Positions 62,201 to 64,000 of a stretch of 64,000 nucleotides of DNA are shown piece after piece (positions within the stretch are counted from its first letter, which is position 1; each line of letters opens with the position of its first letter). The stretch is from assembly GCF_009914755.1 (NCBI RefSeq), contig NC_060939.1. One strand, written 5' to 3'. The position numbers and the translations under genes were made by a program. The stretch comes from the human T2T-CHM13v2.0 reference genome, Homo sapiens. Under the pieces are notes generated by a model. That model was not told the DNA's origin and ran no database searches. It saw nothing but the letters and a program-made list of their open reading frames with translations.

Positions 62201-62361
62201 GCAGCTAACACTCACAAGGCACATAGTGATAATAATCAAGATTTGCTGGATGCTTTTCCTGCTTAAGACCAGGAAAGAAAGAAATTTTGCCTACCATTGT
62301 GTTAAAAATTTGGCTCTCAATGCCACTTGGGAGTTCAATGAGTGTCATCATATACTCAAGA

Positions 62362-62712
62362 TATATGAGTCCATTCTCATGCTGCTATAAAGAAATACCC
62401 GAGACTGGGTAATTTATAAAGGAAAGAGGTTTAATTGACTCGCAGTTCTGCATGGCTGGGGAGGCCTCAGGAAACTTACAATCATGGTGGAATGGGAAAC
62501 AGGCACATCTTACATGGCGGCAGGCAAGAGAGAGGAGTGGAAAACACCACCTATAAAACCATCAGATCCTGTGAGAACTCACTATCACAAGAACAGCATG
62601 GGAGGAGACCACCCCCATGATCCAATCACTTCCCTCTAAATCCCTCACTTGACACATGGGGATTACAATTTCAGATGAGATTTGGGTGAGGACACAGAGC
62701 CAGACCATATCA
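62362..62712 (-). mobile_element. MaLR solo LTR (THE1C/D-like)
   Basis: 'gctgctataaagaaatacccgagactgggtaatttataaaggaaagaggtttaattgactc...gagatttgggtgaggacacagagccagaccatatca'. TSD caaga/caagg. Confidence 0.92.
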
Positions 62713-62889
62713 CAAGGGTATTTTCATCTCTGGATGTATGGGAAGACTCCAGTTTCTTGACCTATCAGACTAGGACAAGATCAAGGTAAGTAAACCAAGT
62801 CTTCTCCAAGTAGTAGCTATTCTTTACCAAAAACCCACTTCAATTGTCAACAGCTCCTTTGTCAAATTTTGCCTTGTGTTAAAATGCTA

Positions 62890-63620
62890 CAGAGAACAGT
62901 TGAAAATAATACAGCTCAAGAAAAGGCCATTGCACTTGGTTCCAGACAATCTGTAAACGAGCAGTCAGGACAGTGGTGAGGATATGAGTCAAACTGCAAA
63001 ATGCTAAGGAGTGAGAAGAGAGTGGGCAAGTTGAAGAAACAGGGAATGTGTGTGGCAGCAATGGGGATCCTGGCAGGAAACAACAGAGAAGCTAAACTAT
63101 TTTACAGTTCGAGATGCCTGAATGTGTTGAAGACCAGAGGAAAGGAGCTAGCAGAGAAGGAGACATACAAGATACAAGAAAGGCAAGTCTCAGAAGAGGT
63201 AGGAGGTAAGATCTCAGGAGAAGTGAGTAGGTAAGGGCTCAAAAACACAGGGGGAGGAACTAGCCTTGGCATGATGAATGACACTCTTACCCATAAATGG
63301 GACAAAAGAAGGAAAGGGGAGACTTATCATGGACAGGTTTTGAGATAGAGGAAATTAGAATCCCCAACATTAAAACAGAATTCCAGTTTTTCTCAATTTC
63401 TTTACTAAAGATTGCATGAAAGACTTTAGTAACTGCAAAGTCATAAGTCCTAAGAAGTGGGTTTGAGGGTACAATTTTGGGTGGAGAGAGAAAGTAGTAA
63501 ATGCTATGAAGCTGCCAGTGGCCATGACTAGAATGCAAAAACATTCTATGTTACACAGAAAAAAGAACCGGATTGGATATGCTAAGGATCAGGGGCATTT
63601 GAAAGGAGAGAGGGGTACAT
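62890..63620 (-). mobile_element. Degenerate L2-like fragment
   Basis: Purine-rich tract with 'aggccattgcacttgg...gagcagtc...gtggtgagga...gagtgagaagagagtg'. Confidence 0.45.
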
Positions 63621-64000
63621 TAGAGGGAGAATGGGTAGAAATACATAAGTTTTCTGTTTATGTCCATTGGGCCTAGGCTACATAAATGTGGAATTTTTCT
63701 TCCTTCACCCAGTACATTGAGGTGAGACACAATAAAAGCAGTTTGAAAACTATACAGGACCTTTGGTTGTTATGAAATATATGAGTGAGTAGATAGAGGG
63801 ATGCATGAATAGATGGATAAATGGAAGGGTAGAGAGATGGGTAGAAAGGCAAATACAATACTGAGATAGAGAAGAAAGAATAAAAACATATTTTATTGAC
63901 ATTTTTCAAATTTGACTCCTGATTGAAAGACTTATCAGTGCTGCATCATTAAGTAGGTGAGGAAAGTGGGAAGTACTTCGGTCTTTTCTCTTTCTAATTT

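Overview
Primate (almost certainly human) non-coding genomic DNA. It is dense in Alu, MIR, L2, L1, LTR and hAT DNA-transposon fossils. I can support no intact protein-coding gene, RNA gene, CpG island or CRISPR array. The main gene-like object is a full-length, TSD-bounded processed pseudogene of MEST on the minus strand (7379-9837). It carries stops and frameshifts, a microhomology-flanked deletion of the catalytic nucleophile motif, a 5' end that is not the imprinted exon 1, and a later Alu insertion. Other notable items: a near full-length Charlie5-type hAT transposon with readable transposase motifs (2158-4765); a 54-bp locally templated insertion inside an LTR8-family LTR; a 135-bp tandem duplication; an AluY with a pure A61 tail; a 5'-truncated AluYa5; a MaLR element retaining its internal region; a nested Alu; a strong G-quadruplex motif; and a repeat-poor ~4.7-kb block with enhancer-like character. 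I found no convincing novel biological system. Nearly all ORFs in the supplied track are repeat-derived or chance. Repeat subfamily names come from recalled consensus sequences, and boundaries without TSDs are approximate.
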